The translations under genes were made by a program, and so were the position numbers. The notes beneath the pieces were generated by a model. The model was not told the origin of the DNA. It saw only the letters and a list, made by a program, of their open reading frames with translations, and ran no database searches. Positions 20,421 to 32,437 of a stretch of 64,000 nucleotides of DNA are shown here, piece after piece. Numbering within the stretch: the stretch's first letter is position 1; each line of letters opens with the position of its first letter. This DNA comes from Gammaproteobacteria bacterium (GTDB taxonomy: Bacteria; Pseudomonadota; Gammaproteobacteria; UBA4575): NCBI GenBank assembly GCA_965221955.1, contig CBDCTA010000018.1:1-64000 (forward strand), given 5' to 3'.

Positions 20421-22808
20421 TTAGCTTCTTATTTCTGCTCCAACTTTATCTTCAAGTTGAGAAATAATTGATAAGACGGTTTGTTCTAGTTCTTTATCTG
20501 TAAGGGTGCGCGAAAACTCTTGCAAAATCAAGCCTAAAGAGACGCTTTTCTTTGTTTCTGGGACACCCTTCCCTTTATAAATACTGAAGACCTTAATAGC
20601 TTGCAAACATGCAATCTCCATTTGCTCAATGTTTGAACGAATCTCTGCCAAACTAATATTGTCATCGACAATGAGAGTGATATCCCGACGATTCGCAGGG
20701 TATTTGGAAAGTGGTCGGAAAACATTTGTTTCATCTTCACCAAGCAATTCATTCAACTGTAATTCAAATAAATAAATTTGAGCATCGATACCTAATACAG
20801 ATTGAATACGAGGATGCAGTTTACCAAGGCGCCCAAGTAACGTTTTCCCATGTAAAATTTTTGCAGATTGTCCCGGATGTAATGACACATCATCAGCCAC
20901 AACAAATGAAATTTGATCTTCAGGTAATACCGAAATTTTTAGTAGCTGCTCTACATCACCTTTTAAATCAAAGAAATCTACTTTACGGTTTGGTGAACCC
21001 CATTGTTCAGGCTCACAATCACCTACTATCAGCCCTGAAAGACTTGGTAATTGCAGCAAGCCTTCAGCAGTATTCTTAAACTGTAATCCTTGCTCAAATA
21101 TACGGATACGCTCCTGCTGACGATGTAAATTATATTGTGCTGCTTTGATTAAGCCTGGCCATACGCTGTTGCGCATGATCGCTAATTCTTGGGATATGGG
21201 GTTAGAGAGTTGTTTTCCAGCTTGTTGAGGGTTTAATAACTCATCGATCTCTTGATCGACAAAACTAAAGGTAATGACTTCATGATAATTACGCAGCACC
21301 AACGCTTCTTTCATCAAAGCCAACTGGTTTTTGTCATCTGCCACAGAAGTAGTATTGATCGCTAATGCTTTCACATTCGCGGGGATATTTTTATAACCTA
21401 CTAACCGAGCAATTTCTTCAATTAAATCGACATCGATAGCGAGATCAAAACGATAACTAGGAGGTATAACCTTTAAACAATCTCCATCAATGTTTACATC
21501 ACAATGCAAACGTTGCAAAAGCGACTGCACCTCTTCAATAGACAATTGAATCCCGAGTAACGATTCCACTTTAAAATGTTGCAAAGTAATTGGCAACGCT
21601 TTTGGTAGCGCTGCAGGATTTTCTTCACAAATCACTTCTCCAGCTTTACCACCCACAATTTCTAAAATTAATTGTGTTGCACGTTCAATGGCTTTTGATG
21701 CAAGTTCAGGATCCACTCCTCGTTCAAATCGATGTGATGAATCAGTGTGCAAACCATGTCTTCTAGCTTTACCCGCAATCACTTCAGGCTTAAAGTGCGC
21801 ACTTTCTAAAAATATTCTTTTAGTATTAACTTGAATTGCAGTAGTAAGCCCACCCATGATACCTGCAAGCGCAATAGGACGCTTTTTATCTGCAATGATC
21901 AGCTCATCTTCACTAAGGTCAACCTCCTGACCATCTAACAACGCTAGTTTTTCAGAGGATTTAGCCAATCTAACAACTATCTCACCGTTGAGTTTATCCA
22001 AATCAAATGCATGCATGGGCTGACCCATCTCTAACATCACGAAATTAGTAATATCCGTGATCGCGTTTATTGAACGTACTCCCGCACGACGTAACTTTTC
22101 TTGCATCCATAATGGACTTTGTGCAGAACCCGAAATATCTTCGATGACTCTACCTACATAACGCGGACATTCTTGTGTGGCTTGAATAGAAACAGGAAAA
22201 GTAGATTGAACTGAACTACTGACATCATCTACTTGAAAATCTTTTAGAAGCGGTTGATCTAACAATGCAGACACTTCACGCGCCACACCTTGAACACTTA
22301 AACAATCTGAACGGTTAGGCGTTAAATCAATATCGATGACTTGATCGTCTAAATCAAAGCTTGTGTAAACATCCGCACCTAGTTCAGCATCGTCAGGCAA
22401 CTCCATAATGCCATCAGAGCTATCTGACAAACCCAGTTCGCTCGCCGAACACAACATGCCAAATGATTCTACACCGCGTAACTCTTTTGCTTCGATTTTA
22501 AAATCATTAGGCAACACCGCCCCTACTTTGGCAAAAGCAACTTTTAGGTCTTTACGTACGTTCTTTGCACCACAAATGACTTTGCTTGTTTCGCCTTTAC
22601 CGTCATCGACTTGGCAAACTTGTAGTTTCTTTGCATCAGGATGCGCTTCAACGTCTAATACTTTTGCAACCACCACACCGGAAATATTTGCGCTTGCAGG
22701 CTCAATTCCATCGACTTCTAAACCTGCCATCGTAAGCGTGTCTGCCAATTGCTGAGTATCCACTTCAGGGTTAACCCACTCACGTAACCAATTTTCGCTA
22801 ATTCGCAT
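20421..22808 (-). CDS. pheT: Phenylalanyl-tRNA synthetase beta subunit
   Basis: [29 protein letters not shown] and DLIEEIARL motifs. Confidence 0.97.
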   Translation of the reverse strand: MRISENWLREWVNPEVDTQQLADTLTMAGLEVDGIEPASANISGVVVAKVLDVEAHPDAKKLQVCQVDDGKGETSKVICGAKNVRKDLKVAFAKVGAVLPNDFKIEAKELRGVESFGMLCSASELGLSDSSDGIMELPDDAELGADVYTSFDLDDQVIDIDLTPNRSDCLSVQGVAREVSALLDQPLLKDFQVDDVSSSVQSTFPVSIQATQECPRYVGRVIEDISGSAQSPLWMQEKLRRAGVRSINAITDITNFVMLEMGQPMHAFDLDKLNGEIVVRLAKSSEKLALLDGQEVDLSEDELIIADKKRPIALAGIMGGLTTAIQVNTKRIFLESAHFKPEVIAGKARRHGLHTDSSHRFERGVDPELASKAIERATQLILEIVGGKAGEVICEENPAALPKALPITLQHFKVESLLGIQLSIEEVQSLLQRLHCDVNIDGDCLKVIPPSYRFDLAIDVDLIEEIARLVGYKNIPANVKALAINTTSVADDKNQLALMKEALVLRNYHEVITFSFVDQEIDELLNPQQAGKQLSNPISQELAIMRNSVWPGLIKAAQYNLHRQQERIRIFEQGLQFKNTAEGLLQLPSLSGLIVGDCEPEQWGSPNRKVDFFDLKGDVEQLLKISVLPEDQISFVVADDVSLHPGQSAKILHGKTLLGRLGKLHPRIQSVLGIDAQIYLFELQLNELLGEDETNVFRPLSKYPANRRDITLIVDDNISLAEIRSNIEQMEIACLQAIKVFSIYKGKGVPETKKSVSLGLILQEFSRTLTDKELEQTVLSIISQLEDKVGAEIRS

Positions 22809-22829
22809 CTTTATTATCCAACTTATAGA

Positions 22830-23843
<1,014 letters not shown>

Positions 23844-23850
23844 TTAAAAC

Positions 23851-23880
23851 AAAAAAGGGAAAGACAATGCCTTTCCCTTT
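23851..23880 (-). terminator. Intrinsic terminator between rplT and pheS
   Basis: Minus strand AAAGGGAAAGGCATTGTCTTTCCCTTTTTT: GC stem plus U tract. Confidence 0.75.
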
Positions 23881-23919
23881 CAACAAGTAAAACCTAATGC
23901 TGTGTATACAGATTATGTA

Positions 23920-24279
23920 TCAACTGGCTAAATTAGCTTTGGCTGTTTCTGCAAGTTTTCCAAAAGTGTCAATATCGTTTACCGCTAAATCCGCTAACAC
24001 CTTACGATCAATTTCAACTGAAGCTTTATTCAAGCCATCAATCATTCTGCTATAAGACAAACCAAATTGCCTTGCTGCAGCATTAATACGCACAATCCAA
24101 AGTGAGCGGAATTGACGCTTCTTTTGTCTACGATCGCGATAAGCATATTGACCTGCTTTAATAACTGCTTGTTTTGCTACGCGATAAACATTTCTACGCG
24201 CACCGTAATAACCTTTTGCCTTAGCGCGCACCTTCTTATGTTTTGCGTGTGCGGTAACGGATCTTTTTGCTCTTGGCAT
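23920..24279 (-). CDS. rplT: 50S ribosomal protein L20
   Basis: [32 protein letters not shown]. Confidence 0.98.
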   Translation of the reverse strand: MPRAKRSVTAHAKHKKVRAKAKGYYGARRNVYRVAKQAVIKAGQYAYRDRRQKKRQFRSLWIVRINAAARQFGLSYSRMIDGLNKASVEIDRKVLADLAVNDIDTFGKLAETAKANLAS

Positions 24280-24348
24280 ACTTTTATCTCTCTACTAAAT
24301 TATTTTCGTAAAATCGTTATGGCTAATTATTAAATTAGATCTTAATCA

Positions 24349-24546
24349 TTAAGCATATGGCAACATTTGCTTAACCGCTTTAACATCAGCTTCCGCAATC
24401 ATGGTACTACTACGCAATTGTCTTTTTCTTTTCGTACTCTTCTTAGTAAGAATATGGCGCAAATGCGATTGTGTACGTTTAAAACCGCCTTTAGCAGTTT
24501 TTTTGAAACGCTTTGCAGCACCTCTATTTGTTTTTAATTTAGGCAT
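24349..24546 (-). CDS. rpmI: 50S ribosomal protein L35
   Basis: [17 protein letters not shown]...HILTKK. Confidence 0.98.
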   Translation of the reverse strand: MPKLKTNRGAAKRFKKTAKGGFKRTQSHLRHILTKKSTKRKRQLRSSTMIAEADVKAVKQMLPYA

Positions 24547-24598
24547 TCTAGTTCACTCGTTAGCTATATTTATGTTTTAACTCTTATTTCTTTAACAC

Positions 24599-25120
24599 TT
24601 ACTTCTTCTTAAGGGGCGCAAACACCATCACTAGTTGTCGTCCTTCTAACTTAGGTCGTTGCTCAACTTCACCATATTCTTTTAAATCATCTTCGATTCG
24701 GTCTAATAATTTCACACCTAACTCTTGGTGCATCATTTCTCGACCTCTAAAACGAATGGTTACTTTAGTCTTGTCACCATTTGTTAAAAATTCAACTAGC
24801 TTTTTTAACTTTGTTTGGTAATCACCTTCTTCTGTACCAGGTCGAAACTTAATTTCTTTGACATGAATTAGTTTTTGTTTCTTTCTTGCAGCGTGTGCTT
24901 TTTTACTTTGTTCAAATTTAAATTTACCGTAATCCATCACCCTGCAAACCGGAGGTTTGGCATTGGGTACAATTTCAACTAAATCTAAATCGGCATCTAA
25001 TGCAATTTGTTGGGCTTCATCAATCGCGACGACTCCAACATTTTCACCATCACTCCCGATCAAACGAACTTCATGATCGGTTATTTCTTCATTTAAACGA
25101 TTCTCTTTCGCTGCGCTAAT
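24599..25120 (-). CDS. infC: Translation initiation factor IF-3 with ATT start codon
   Basis: GGAGG Shine-Dalgarno, 8-nt spacer, then in-frame ATT at 25120-25118 giving (M)[12 protein letters not shown]...; [12 protein letters not shown] and KEIKFRP motifs. Confidence 0.95.
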   Translation of the reverse strand: MSAAKENRLNEEITDHEVRLIGSDGENVGVVAIDEAQQIALDADLDLVEIVPNAKPPVCRVMDYGKFKFEQSKKAHAARKKQKLIHVKEIKFRPGTEEGDYQTKLKKLVEFLTNGDKTKVTIRFRGREMMHQELGVKLLDRIEDDLKEYGEVEQRPKLEGRQLVMVFAPLKKK

Positions 25121-25140
25121 ATTCTAATCCTCCAAAAACA

Positions 25141-27050
25141 TTAAAGGCCGCGGTTCGCGCTTTCATCAGTGAATTTTTGCACGATAGCATCAACATCCAT
25201 CGAGCCAAGATCTTCACCGCTGCGCGTACGGACGGCCAGCTGATTCGCTTCGACTTCACGGTCACCCGCCACTAACATATAGGGGGTGTGGGTAATCGTG
25301 TGCTCGCGAATCTTAAAGCCAATCTTCTCATTTCTCAAGTCAGAAATGACCCTGAACCCTTGATTTTTAAGCATTTCTAGCACTGACACGACATATTTGC
25401 TGTGTTTGTCTGTAATATTCATGATTACGGCCTGTGTTGGCGCTAGCCAGAACGGTAAATTACCGGCGTAATTCTCAATGAGAATACCAATGAAACGCTC
25501 TAATGAGCCTAATATGGCTCGATGGATCATCACAGGTACATGCTTCGAGCCATCTTCAGCTACATAGGTCGCATCCAATCGACCTGGCATGGAGAAATCC
25601 ACCTGGATTGTGCCACATTGCCAAGCACGACCAATACAATCTCGAAGAGTGAATTCAATCTTCGGTCCATAGAATGCCCCTTCACCGGGTTGTAATTTAT
25701 AGTCCAAGCCTTGTTTCTTAAATGCTTGCTCAAGAGCTAGTTCCGCCTCATCCCAGAGTTCATCTTCTCCTACACGTTTCTCGGGTCGTGTGGATAAAGC
25801 CAATTCTATATTTTCAAAGCCAAAATCATTGTAGACATCAAATGTGAGCTGGATGAGTTCAGCCACTTCTTCTTGCAATTGTTCACGTGTACAAAATATA
25901 TGTGCATCATCTTGAACAAAACGTCGCCCACGCATCAATCCATGTAAAGTACCAGAGGGTTCATTGCGATGCACCAAACCAAATTCAGAAAGTTTTAAGG
26001 CAAGTCACGATAACTTTTTAAACCTTGATTATAAATTTGCACATGTCCAGGACAATTCATTGGTTTAATCGCATATTCACGATTTTCTGAGTGTGTCGCA
26101 AAAATCATGTCACCAAATTTATCCCAATGCCCTGACTTCTCCCAAAGCTTTCGGTCCAATATCTGTGGCGTGAGCACTTCTTGATAACCACGTTCACGAA
26201 TCTTGTCACGAATATACTTTTCAACAATTTTATATAAAGTAAAGCCTCGGTCATGCCAAAACACCATGCCAGGCGCCTCTTCTTGAAAATGGAACAAGTC
26301 CATTTGCCTTCCAAGTTTGCGATGATCACGCTTTTCCGCTTCTTCGAGTTGCGTTAAGTACTGTTTGAGTTGCTTTTTATCAGCCCATGCGGTGCCGTAA
26401 ATACGTTGCAACATTTTATTATTAGAATCACCGCGCCAATATGCGCCCGCAAGCTTTGTTAATTTAAACGCACGAAGATGACGCGTATTAGGCACATGTG
26501 GCCCACGACACATGTCGGTATATTCTTCATGATGATATAAGGCAATGATTTCACCATCTGGAATTTCAGAAGCAATTTCTACTTTGTAATCTTCATTGCG
26601 CTCTTTAAAGGCAGCAACCGCTTCATCCCGGCTTACTACTTTACGAATCACGTCGTAGTCTTTTTTTACCAGCTCCGCCATGCGTTTTTCAATGGCTTCT
26701 AAATCTTCAGGCGTAAACGCACGTTCAAATTCAATGTCGTAATAAAAACCATTTTCTATCACGGGACCAATTGCCATTTTCGCAGTTGGATAAAGTTGTT
26801 TGATCGCATGCCCCATTAAATGCGCGAAGGAGTGACGGATGATATCGACCCCATCTTGATCCTTGCTGGTTATGATTTCTAATTTAGCATCGCCCTCAAT
26901 TTCTACACATGCATCTGCAAGTACTCCATCAATACGCCCAGCGATGGTAGCTTTCGCTAAACCGGGCCCTATAGATTCAGCAACTTGTTGGGTAGTAACA
27001 GGGTGATCGAATTGTTTTTGAGTTCCGTCAGGAAGAGTAATAGTAGGCAT
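25141..27050 (-). CDS. thrS: Threonyl-tRNA synthetase with -1 frameshift near 25996
   Basis: MPTITLPDG start at 27050; [13 protein letters not shown] and MIHRA zinc ligands. ...GAC TTG CCT TAA AAC TTT CTG becomes DLPLKLSEFG if one T is added to the T run. Confidence 0.95.
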
Positions 27051-27064
27051 ATAATTTTCCAGTG

Positions 27065-27085
27065 GTGACCGATACCAGAGGCCAC
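27065..27085 (-). promoter_or_regulatory. Putative thrS translational operator (tRNA-Thr anticodon-arm mimic)
   Basis: mRNA GUGGCC-UCUGGUAUC-GGUCAC: 6-bp stem with loop CU-GGU-AU, 14 nt upstream of the thrS ATG. Confidence 0.65.
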
Positions 27086-27284
27086 GTGTCATAATTGTAG
27101 TTATTTCAGTTTGCGCAGGATGAGTATAATTTTTCCTACAAATAATTGTAATGCTTTGTATACATTCGCACCAGATAGGCTCTAGGAGATAGATTGCTCT
27201 ATTAAACGTGAGCTATCCCCATAAATCTCTGGTATGAATCTGTATACTAATTAGATCATTTATTGACTTTAATTATATAGCTCC

Positions 27285-28160
27285 ATGTCTACTAAACAAG
27301 ACTTTGCTTATCTGATTATTAATGCCGATGACTATGGTTATTATGACTGCATCAGCAAAGGAATAATTGAAGCCCATCAGTCTGGCGTAGTCACATCAAC
27401 CGGAATATTTGCCAATAGCCCCAACCTAGACAAACAACTTTCTTGGTTGTCTAGCGTTCCTAACTTGGATTTAGGCGTTCATCTAAACCTTACAGACGGA
27501 GCTCCACTAAGCGCCTCATTTCGTGACGAGTTAGTCGACACAAATGGAATTTTTCCAAATAAAGTTCAGCTAATCCTCAAATTACTTTCTGGGAAAATCA
27601 GCATCAATGCAATTGAAATGGAATGGAGAGCACAAATCGAAAAATGCTTAAGTAAAAATACAACACTCTGGTTTTTAAACTCACATGAACATATACATTG
27701 CTTTCCGTCATTATTTAAACTCTTTCAAAATCTTGCGGACGAATATAAATTTCATTACACCAGATTTCCAAGCTCTGAATGGCAACATACTATAAACATA
27801 AGCAGCTTAATTAGAAATACAGCTTTAGGGGCCATGAGTCGAATAAATAAGCATTCAATACGCTCCATGCCTCCTAAATTATTAGGGCTTGGCCAAAGTG
27901 GTAAACTGAGTTTTCCGTACTTGAAAAAAATCTTTTCAAAACTGGTGACTGGCGAAATTTATGAATTAATGTGCCATCCAGGAATTTTAGACACTGAAGA
28001 AGTCAACCGGAAAGAACTTCTGCAATACCATGACTGGGAGCTAGAAAAAGAAACACTGACTTCACCCGAAACTAAGAAGCTTATAAAGAAACATTCAATT
28101 AAGCTGATCGGCTACCGTCATCTAGAGCAAATCAATCACAACTTACCACTAATCTCGTAA
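27285..28160 (+). CDS. YdjC/ChbG/HpnK-family carbohydrate deacetylase
   Basis: LIINADDYG, LGVHLNLT, NSHEHIH and ELMCHPG motifs. Confidence 0.92.
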   Translation: MSTKQDFAYLIINADDYGYYDCISKGIIEAHQSGVVTSTGIFANSPNLDKQLSWLSSVPNLDLGVHLNLTDGAPLSASFRDELVDTNGIFPNKVQLILKLLSGKISINAIEMEWRAQIEKCLSKNTTLWFLNSHEHIHCFPSLFKLFQNLADEYKFHYTRFPSSEWQHTINISSLIRNTALGAMSRINKHSIRSMPPKLLGLGQSGKLSFPYLKKIFSKLVTGEIYELMCHPGILDTEEVNRKELLQYHDWELEKETLTSPETKKLIKKHSIKLIGYRHLEQINHNLPLIS

Positions 28161-28183
28161 ACACGAGATAAAAAAATAATTTA

Positions 28184-29182
28184 GTGTCTACATTCAAACA
28201 AATTTCTATAAGCAAGCCAACATTAAGTATCGTTGTGCCGGCACACAATGAATCCGATGGGATTATTCAATCAATAAAAACGATTGCTTCTTTTGCAAAA
28301 CAATGTGAACCCAAAAATGAAATTATAGTCATTGATGATGGTAGCAGCGACAATACTTTCGAGTTGATAACAAGCTTTTCTAAGCAAAATCCTGATATTA
28401 ACCTCAAAGCTATTAAATTTAGTCGAAACTTTGGTAAAGAATCTGCCATTTTAGCTGGCTTAAAGTCTTCCACAGGAGAAGCAGTCATAACAATCGACGC
28501 AGACCTTCAACATCCCCCAAATTTAATCGTCGATATGATAAATTGTTGGAAAAACGGTGCCATGATTGTTCATGGGGTGAAACGCAATCGTGACCATGAT
28601 TCTAAGATTGCAAAAATGAGAGCAAGGTTTTTCAACATCCTCTTCTCATGGTTAGGAGGCATCGATTTAAGTAATGCTTCTGACTTTAAGCTACTAGATC
28701 GACGAGTCGTAAATACAATTGTCCACCAGATGCCTGAATGTAAACGCTTTTATCGAGGATTAACAAGCTGGGTTGGTTACCCATCAGTTAAATTAGAATT
28801 CAATGTTGCCGAAAGGATCGACGGAGATGGCAAATGGTCATTATTGGGATTACTAGATCTTGCAACCACTGCACTAGTTTCATTTACAAGTGCACCACTT
28901 CGAATCGTGACTATACTAGGGTTCTTATTTCTGGTTTTTGGGTTTGTTATTGGAACGATTACACTGGCTTACTGGTTCATGGGCGAAGCTGTTTCTGGCT
29001 TTACTACTACGATTTCTACTTTATTGATCATAGGAAGCATTATCATGATCAGTCTTGGTATCATCGGGGAATATATCTCCAAAATTTATGATGAAATTAA
29101 AAATAGACCCCCTTACCTGATTGAATCTACTGTCAAACTAAACGAAAACAAACAAGATACGGAAGAAACAGATTCAAACTAA
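28184..29182 (+). CDS. GT2 polyprenol-phosphate glycosyltransferase (GtrB/YfdH-like)
   Basis: IVVPAHNE, DDGSSD, SRNFGKE, DADLQHPP, two C-terminal TM helices and GEYISKIYDEIKNRP. Confidence 0.92.
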   Translation: MSTFKQISISKPTLSIVVPAHNESDGIIQSIKTIASFAKQCEPKNEIIVIDDGSSDNTFELITSFSKQNPDINLKAIKFSRNFGKESAILAGLKSSTGEAVITIDADLQHPPNLIVDMINCWKNGAMIVHGVKRNRDHDSKIAKMRARFFNILFSWLGGIDLSNASDFKLLDRRVVNTIVHQMPECKRFYRGLTSWVGYPSVKLEFNVAERIDGDGKWSLLGLLDLATTALVSFTSAPLRIVTILGFLFLVFGFVIGTITLAYWFMGEAVSGFTTTISTLLIIGSIIMISLGIIGEYISKIYDEIKNRPPYLIESTVKLNENKQDTEETDSN

Positions 29183-29200
29183 ATAGTATATTTAAAATCT

Positions 29201-29265
<65 letters not shown>

Positions 29266-29277
<12 letters not shown>

Positions 29278-29655
29278 ACTTACAAAGTACGAAAGTATCA
29301 TATTGAATCGAAAACATACATCTAACTATGGGCAAGGATAAAAGCGAATTACATCACGCTGAGAAGCGCAAGATATTCTCAGATTAAGGCGAGCGGTGTT
29401 TGAACGTAGCGACTTTGCGAGCAGCTGAAAATCGAGCATTCTCAGATGAAGTGATGTTAGCGCAAGTGGTTTTGGGAACTTTTCCTAAACAAAAGCTCCT
29501 CGGCCCTAAACAAAAGGGTTCTCGAACCCAACTACAAAATTTAAAAAACTAGATTGCTTCGCTTCACTCGCAATGATGAATCGGTTGCATCATCCCTGAT
29601 GAACATCATATTCGCGCATCCTTGCGCTCACCAAAGCTACGCGCCTACTTACAAA
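29266..29655. repeat. 21-bp exact direct repeat of the tRNA-Val 5' end plus leader
   Basis: AGCTACGCGCCTACTTACAAA at 29266-29286 and 29635-29655; both are followed by AAGTATCATAT and later ACATCTAA. Confidence 0.85.
29345..29576. repeat. Cluster of palindromic REP/MITE-like elements
   Basis: Nested stems ACATCAC(29351)/GTGATGT(29451) and CTGAGAA/TTCTCAG; GGGAACTTTT...AAAAGCTCCT hairpin; CCTAAACAAAAG twice (29484, 29505); GATTGCTTCGCTTCACTCGCAATGA (29552-29576). Confidence 0.55.
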
Positions 29656-29988
29656 CCAAACATCAGAAGTATCATATGACACGTAAATCACAGAAGTAAC
29701 TACTTACACATCTAAATATTAGCCGAAACTAATGAAGGCGATATTTAATAAATTACAAGAAAATTGAGGAATTCATGTAGCCCTTATGAATGACAAGGAT
29801 CACCAAACTTTAATCTGATTCATTACTCCTGATGGAACTCATATTCGCATGGACGCTTTCGATATCTCATTTTCTGTATCACTAGCAACCCATGTACATC
29901 GTCCTTGTGCGCGTAGGATCCACGCGCTCGTTACAAAATATCAAACTTACGTATATATTTAACAAGTTTACAGATTTACGTCACAATT

Positions 29989-31218
29989 TTAGTTTGTCAT
30001 CAATCTATCTTTTGCAATCTTAGAAAAATTAGTTAACCCCAAAGGACAAAGTTCAGGAGTTTGAAGAATATCAACGGCCATGTTGCCATTTGTTTCAATT
30101 ATAACTGGACCATCATTAGTAACTGCAATGTCCCAACCAAGAAATACAAATCCAGGAAATGCTTTATGTGCGCACACACCAACTCGCTTGAGTTCATCCC
30201 AGAATGGAATTTTGATGCCTTTGATTTGTTCTTCCGTGTCTGGATGTTTTGTAACAAATTTAGAGAGTATTTTTTTACTCACAGCTCGCCCAACCATTCC
30301 TGAATTTAAATCTATAGCTGCTGAAAAACCGCCTCCTGCAAAATTATCAGTTATTTGGCCTTTAGCTGGAATTTTAAGAACTGCATATACGATTTCAACA
30401 TCACCAGATGACCACATCCCAGTAACTAACCGAATAGATGAAACAGATTTCGGTGCAAATTTTTCTAAAAGTGTATGATTTTTTAAACATGGTTGCATGA
30501 GGTATACACATGACATCGATAGTTCACTAACAAAATTATTTACCTCGTCTTCTCCTACAATCTCATCACAGAGTTTATATTTTTTATCACCACAATATTC
30601 AATAAAGTAAATATCTCTTCCCAACATCCCATCATTAGGTTTTAGAATCATATTTTTATCTAATAATCTATATTCTGCACCCTTTATGGAAATAAAATTT
30701 TTTCTATCTACAACAGCAAATGTTTTAATGGTTGGTAAAGAACTTGATATCAAAATTTTTTCAACATTCAATTTATCTTCAATTAACGTTTCTTTATCTC
30801 GATTAATTAAATCAAAAAACGAGGAGCCAACATTTGCAGCAAGAAAATATTCAGCTTTTGAAAACCTCTTTGGGATAAACAAATGATATCGATAATATAA
30901 TTCAGGCGAAACCCTCTTAAATACGGCAAGTTTAAATTGTTCATATACTTGATATAACACACTTTTCGCACCATGCGCTTTTGCTTCATTACTATACTTA
31001 TTCGTATATTCAAATATTAAAAATGGAAATTTAAAAAACCATATGAAGTATACAAATACTCTAGAGATATAATTTTTAAGCCCACTCGCCCACTGAGGAC
31101 AGGGCGCTTTCGCTACCGCATATAACAGATAATCAAAATCTGTATCTTTACTAACAAATAAACTCGGCATAGGGGCTCTCCCCCAGACAACAGAAATATA
31201 GGTGACAATTTTTTTCAT
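29989..31218 (-). CDS. Sugar-transfer-associated ATP-grasp protein
   Basis: EDK, ILKPNDGMLGRDI, QPCLKNH, SSIRLVT, TDNFAGGG, HPDT and GWDIAVTNDGPVIIETN; likely start MKKIVT at 31218. Confidence 0.85.
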   Translation of the reverse strand: MKKIVTYISVVWGRAPMPSLFVSKDTDFDYLLYAVAKAPCPQWASGLKNYISRVFVYFIWFFKFPFLIFEYTNKYSNEAKAHGAKSVLYQVYEQFKLAVFKRVSPELYYRYHLFIPKRFSKAEYFLAANVGSSFFDLINRDKETLIEDKLNVEKILISSSLPTIKTFAVVDRKNFISIKGAEYRLLDKNMILKPNDGMLGRDIYFIEYCGDKKYKLCDEIVGEDEVNNFVSELSMSCVYLMQPCLKNHTLLEKFAPKSVSSIRLVTGMWSSGDVEIVYAVLKIPAKGQITDNFAGGGFSAAIDLNSGMVGRAVSKKILSKFVTKHPDTEEQIKGIKIPFWDELKRVGVCAHKAFPGFVFLGWDIAVTNDGPVIIETNGNMAVDILQTPELCPLGLTNFSKIAKDRLMTN

Positions 31219-31228
31219 TCTGCCGGTG

Positions 31229-32350
31229 TTAAAATACTTTATTGAATATTCTCTTACATCTTCCCCCAAACCATGCGTAATCAAGGTTGACTAATGCTTT
31301 TCGAGCCATATATTGTTTTTCTACTTTTAGTAAAACTTGATATAGCTCTTCATCACCTACATTTTCTGCTAATTCCAGGTTTTCTCTTAAGAATAGAAGC
31401 TGTGATTGATCTTGCAATCTAAGAGATTTTATTGGTTGCACCGAATCAAGCGTGGGAAAAGTTGAAGTATTTATGCCCAATAGTCTCAAGGTTATCATCG
31501 TTCGCAAACATTTTTCACATTTACCACAATTATAACCTTCATCATGCCAGCACACTCTCAACATTTCTAACACGCTTAGATCTTTAGAGATTCTCAAAAG
31601 CTTATCTATTCTTTTAATATCAATTCCATCGTGAACAATTTTTGTTTTTTCTGTACTGAACAGATAATCTAAAATTGGATGAGAACCATCACCCATTAAT
31701 TCCTGGGCTGATTGAGATCCAGCAATATAGACTTTGTTAAAAGCAAAAGCATGAGCAACAGCTGATAGACCAGCAGCAATAGCCATATTCCAAGTAAAGC
31801 CTTTGTCAGTAAAAAAGTATCTAATATTAGAGCGAACAATAACAATTTCTTTATTCTTGCTCTTTAGATACTCAAAGTTTTTTTCTTGCGCTTTCTTCAA
31901 GGCCAACTTATTTTTAAGATGAATATCTATGCCCTCAATAAATACTAAATGTGTAATTTCATTGATATTCTTTAAAAACGTATACGTACCATCAACACCG
32001 CCAGAAAAAAAACTGGCTACTCCAGCAGACAGATCGTGTGTTTTTTCGTTTATGTTACTTGCATGAATTTTAATTTTAGAAAGTTGAGAGAACCAGAGTG
32101 TGAGTATATTTTGAATCTCGTCTAAATTTTGTAAAAACAATTCAGAAACAGGTATATCTGACTCTATATCTATATCTTCATTATTAAACATGGCAGGAAT
32201 AATCGCAGCACAAATGAATGGCTCAATATTACAAAAAAGCTCATGTCCTGATTTGCATTCAAACCACAACTCCTCTTTGCCAATCAATCCAGACAACTTA
32301 TATTTGTCTTTTACCTTGCTGACGGAAATATTTTTAATAATCACCTTCAA
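31229..32350 (-). CDS. Hypothetical protein with PP-loop-like and QueC-like Cys motifs
   Basis: FFSGGVDG, GSHP and LRVCW...NCGKCEKCLRT motifs. Confidence 0.7.
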   Translation of the reverse strand: MKVIIKNISVSKVKDKYKLSGLIGKEELWFECKSGHELFCNIEPFICAAIIPAMFNNEDIDIESDIPVSELFLQNLDEIQNILTLWFSQLSKIKIHASNINEKTHDLSAGVASFFSGGVDGTYTFLKNINEITHLVFIEGIDIHLKNKLALKKAQEKNFEYLKSKNKEIVIVRSNIRYFFTDKGFTWNMAIAAGLSAVAHAFAFNKVYIAGSQSAQELMGDGSHPILDYLFSTEKTKIVHDGIDIKRIDKLLRISKDLSVLEMLRVCWHDEGYNCGKCEKCLRTMITLRLLGINTSTFPTLDSVQPIKSLRLQDQSQLLFLRENLELAENVGDEELYQVLLKVEKQYMARKALVNLDYAWFGGRCKRIFNKVF

Positions 32351-32437
32351 ATACCCCCAAATTTATCACTAGCAATATTTTATGGAATTAACATCCCTAA
32401 CTTGATTTAATTTCTTTGACTACATAAGAAACTATCG

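Noticed and set aside
29660-29989. RiPP precursor peptide for the ATP-grasp enzyme
   Set aside because: No credible small ORF with an RBS was seen, and the enzyme's motifs fit the sugar-transfer-associated class.
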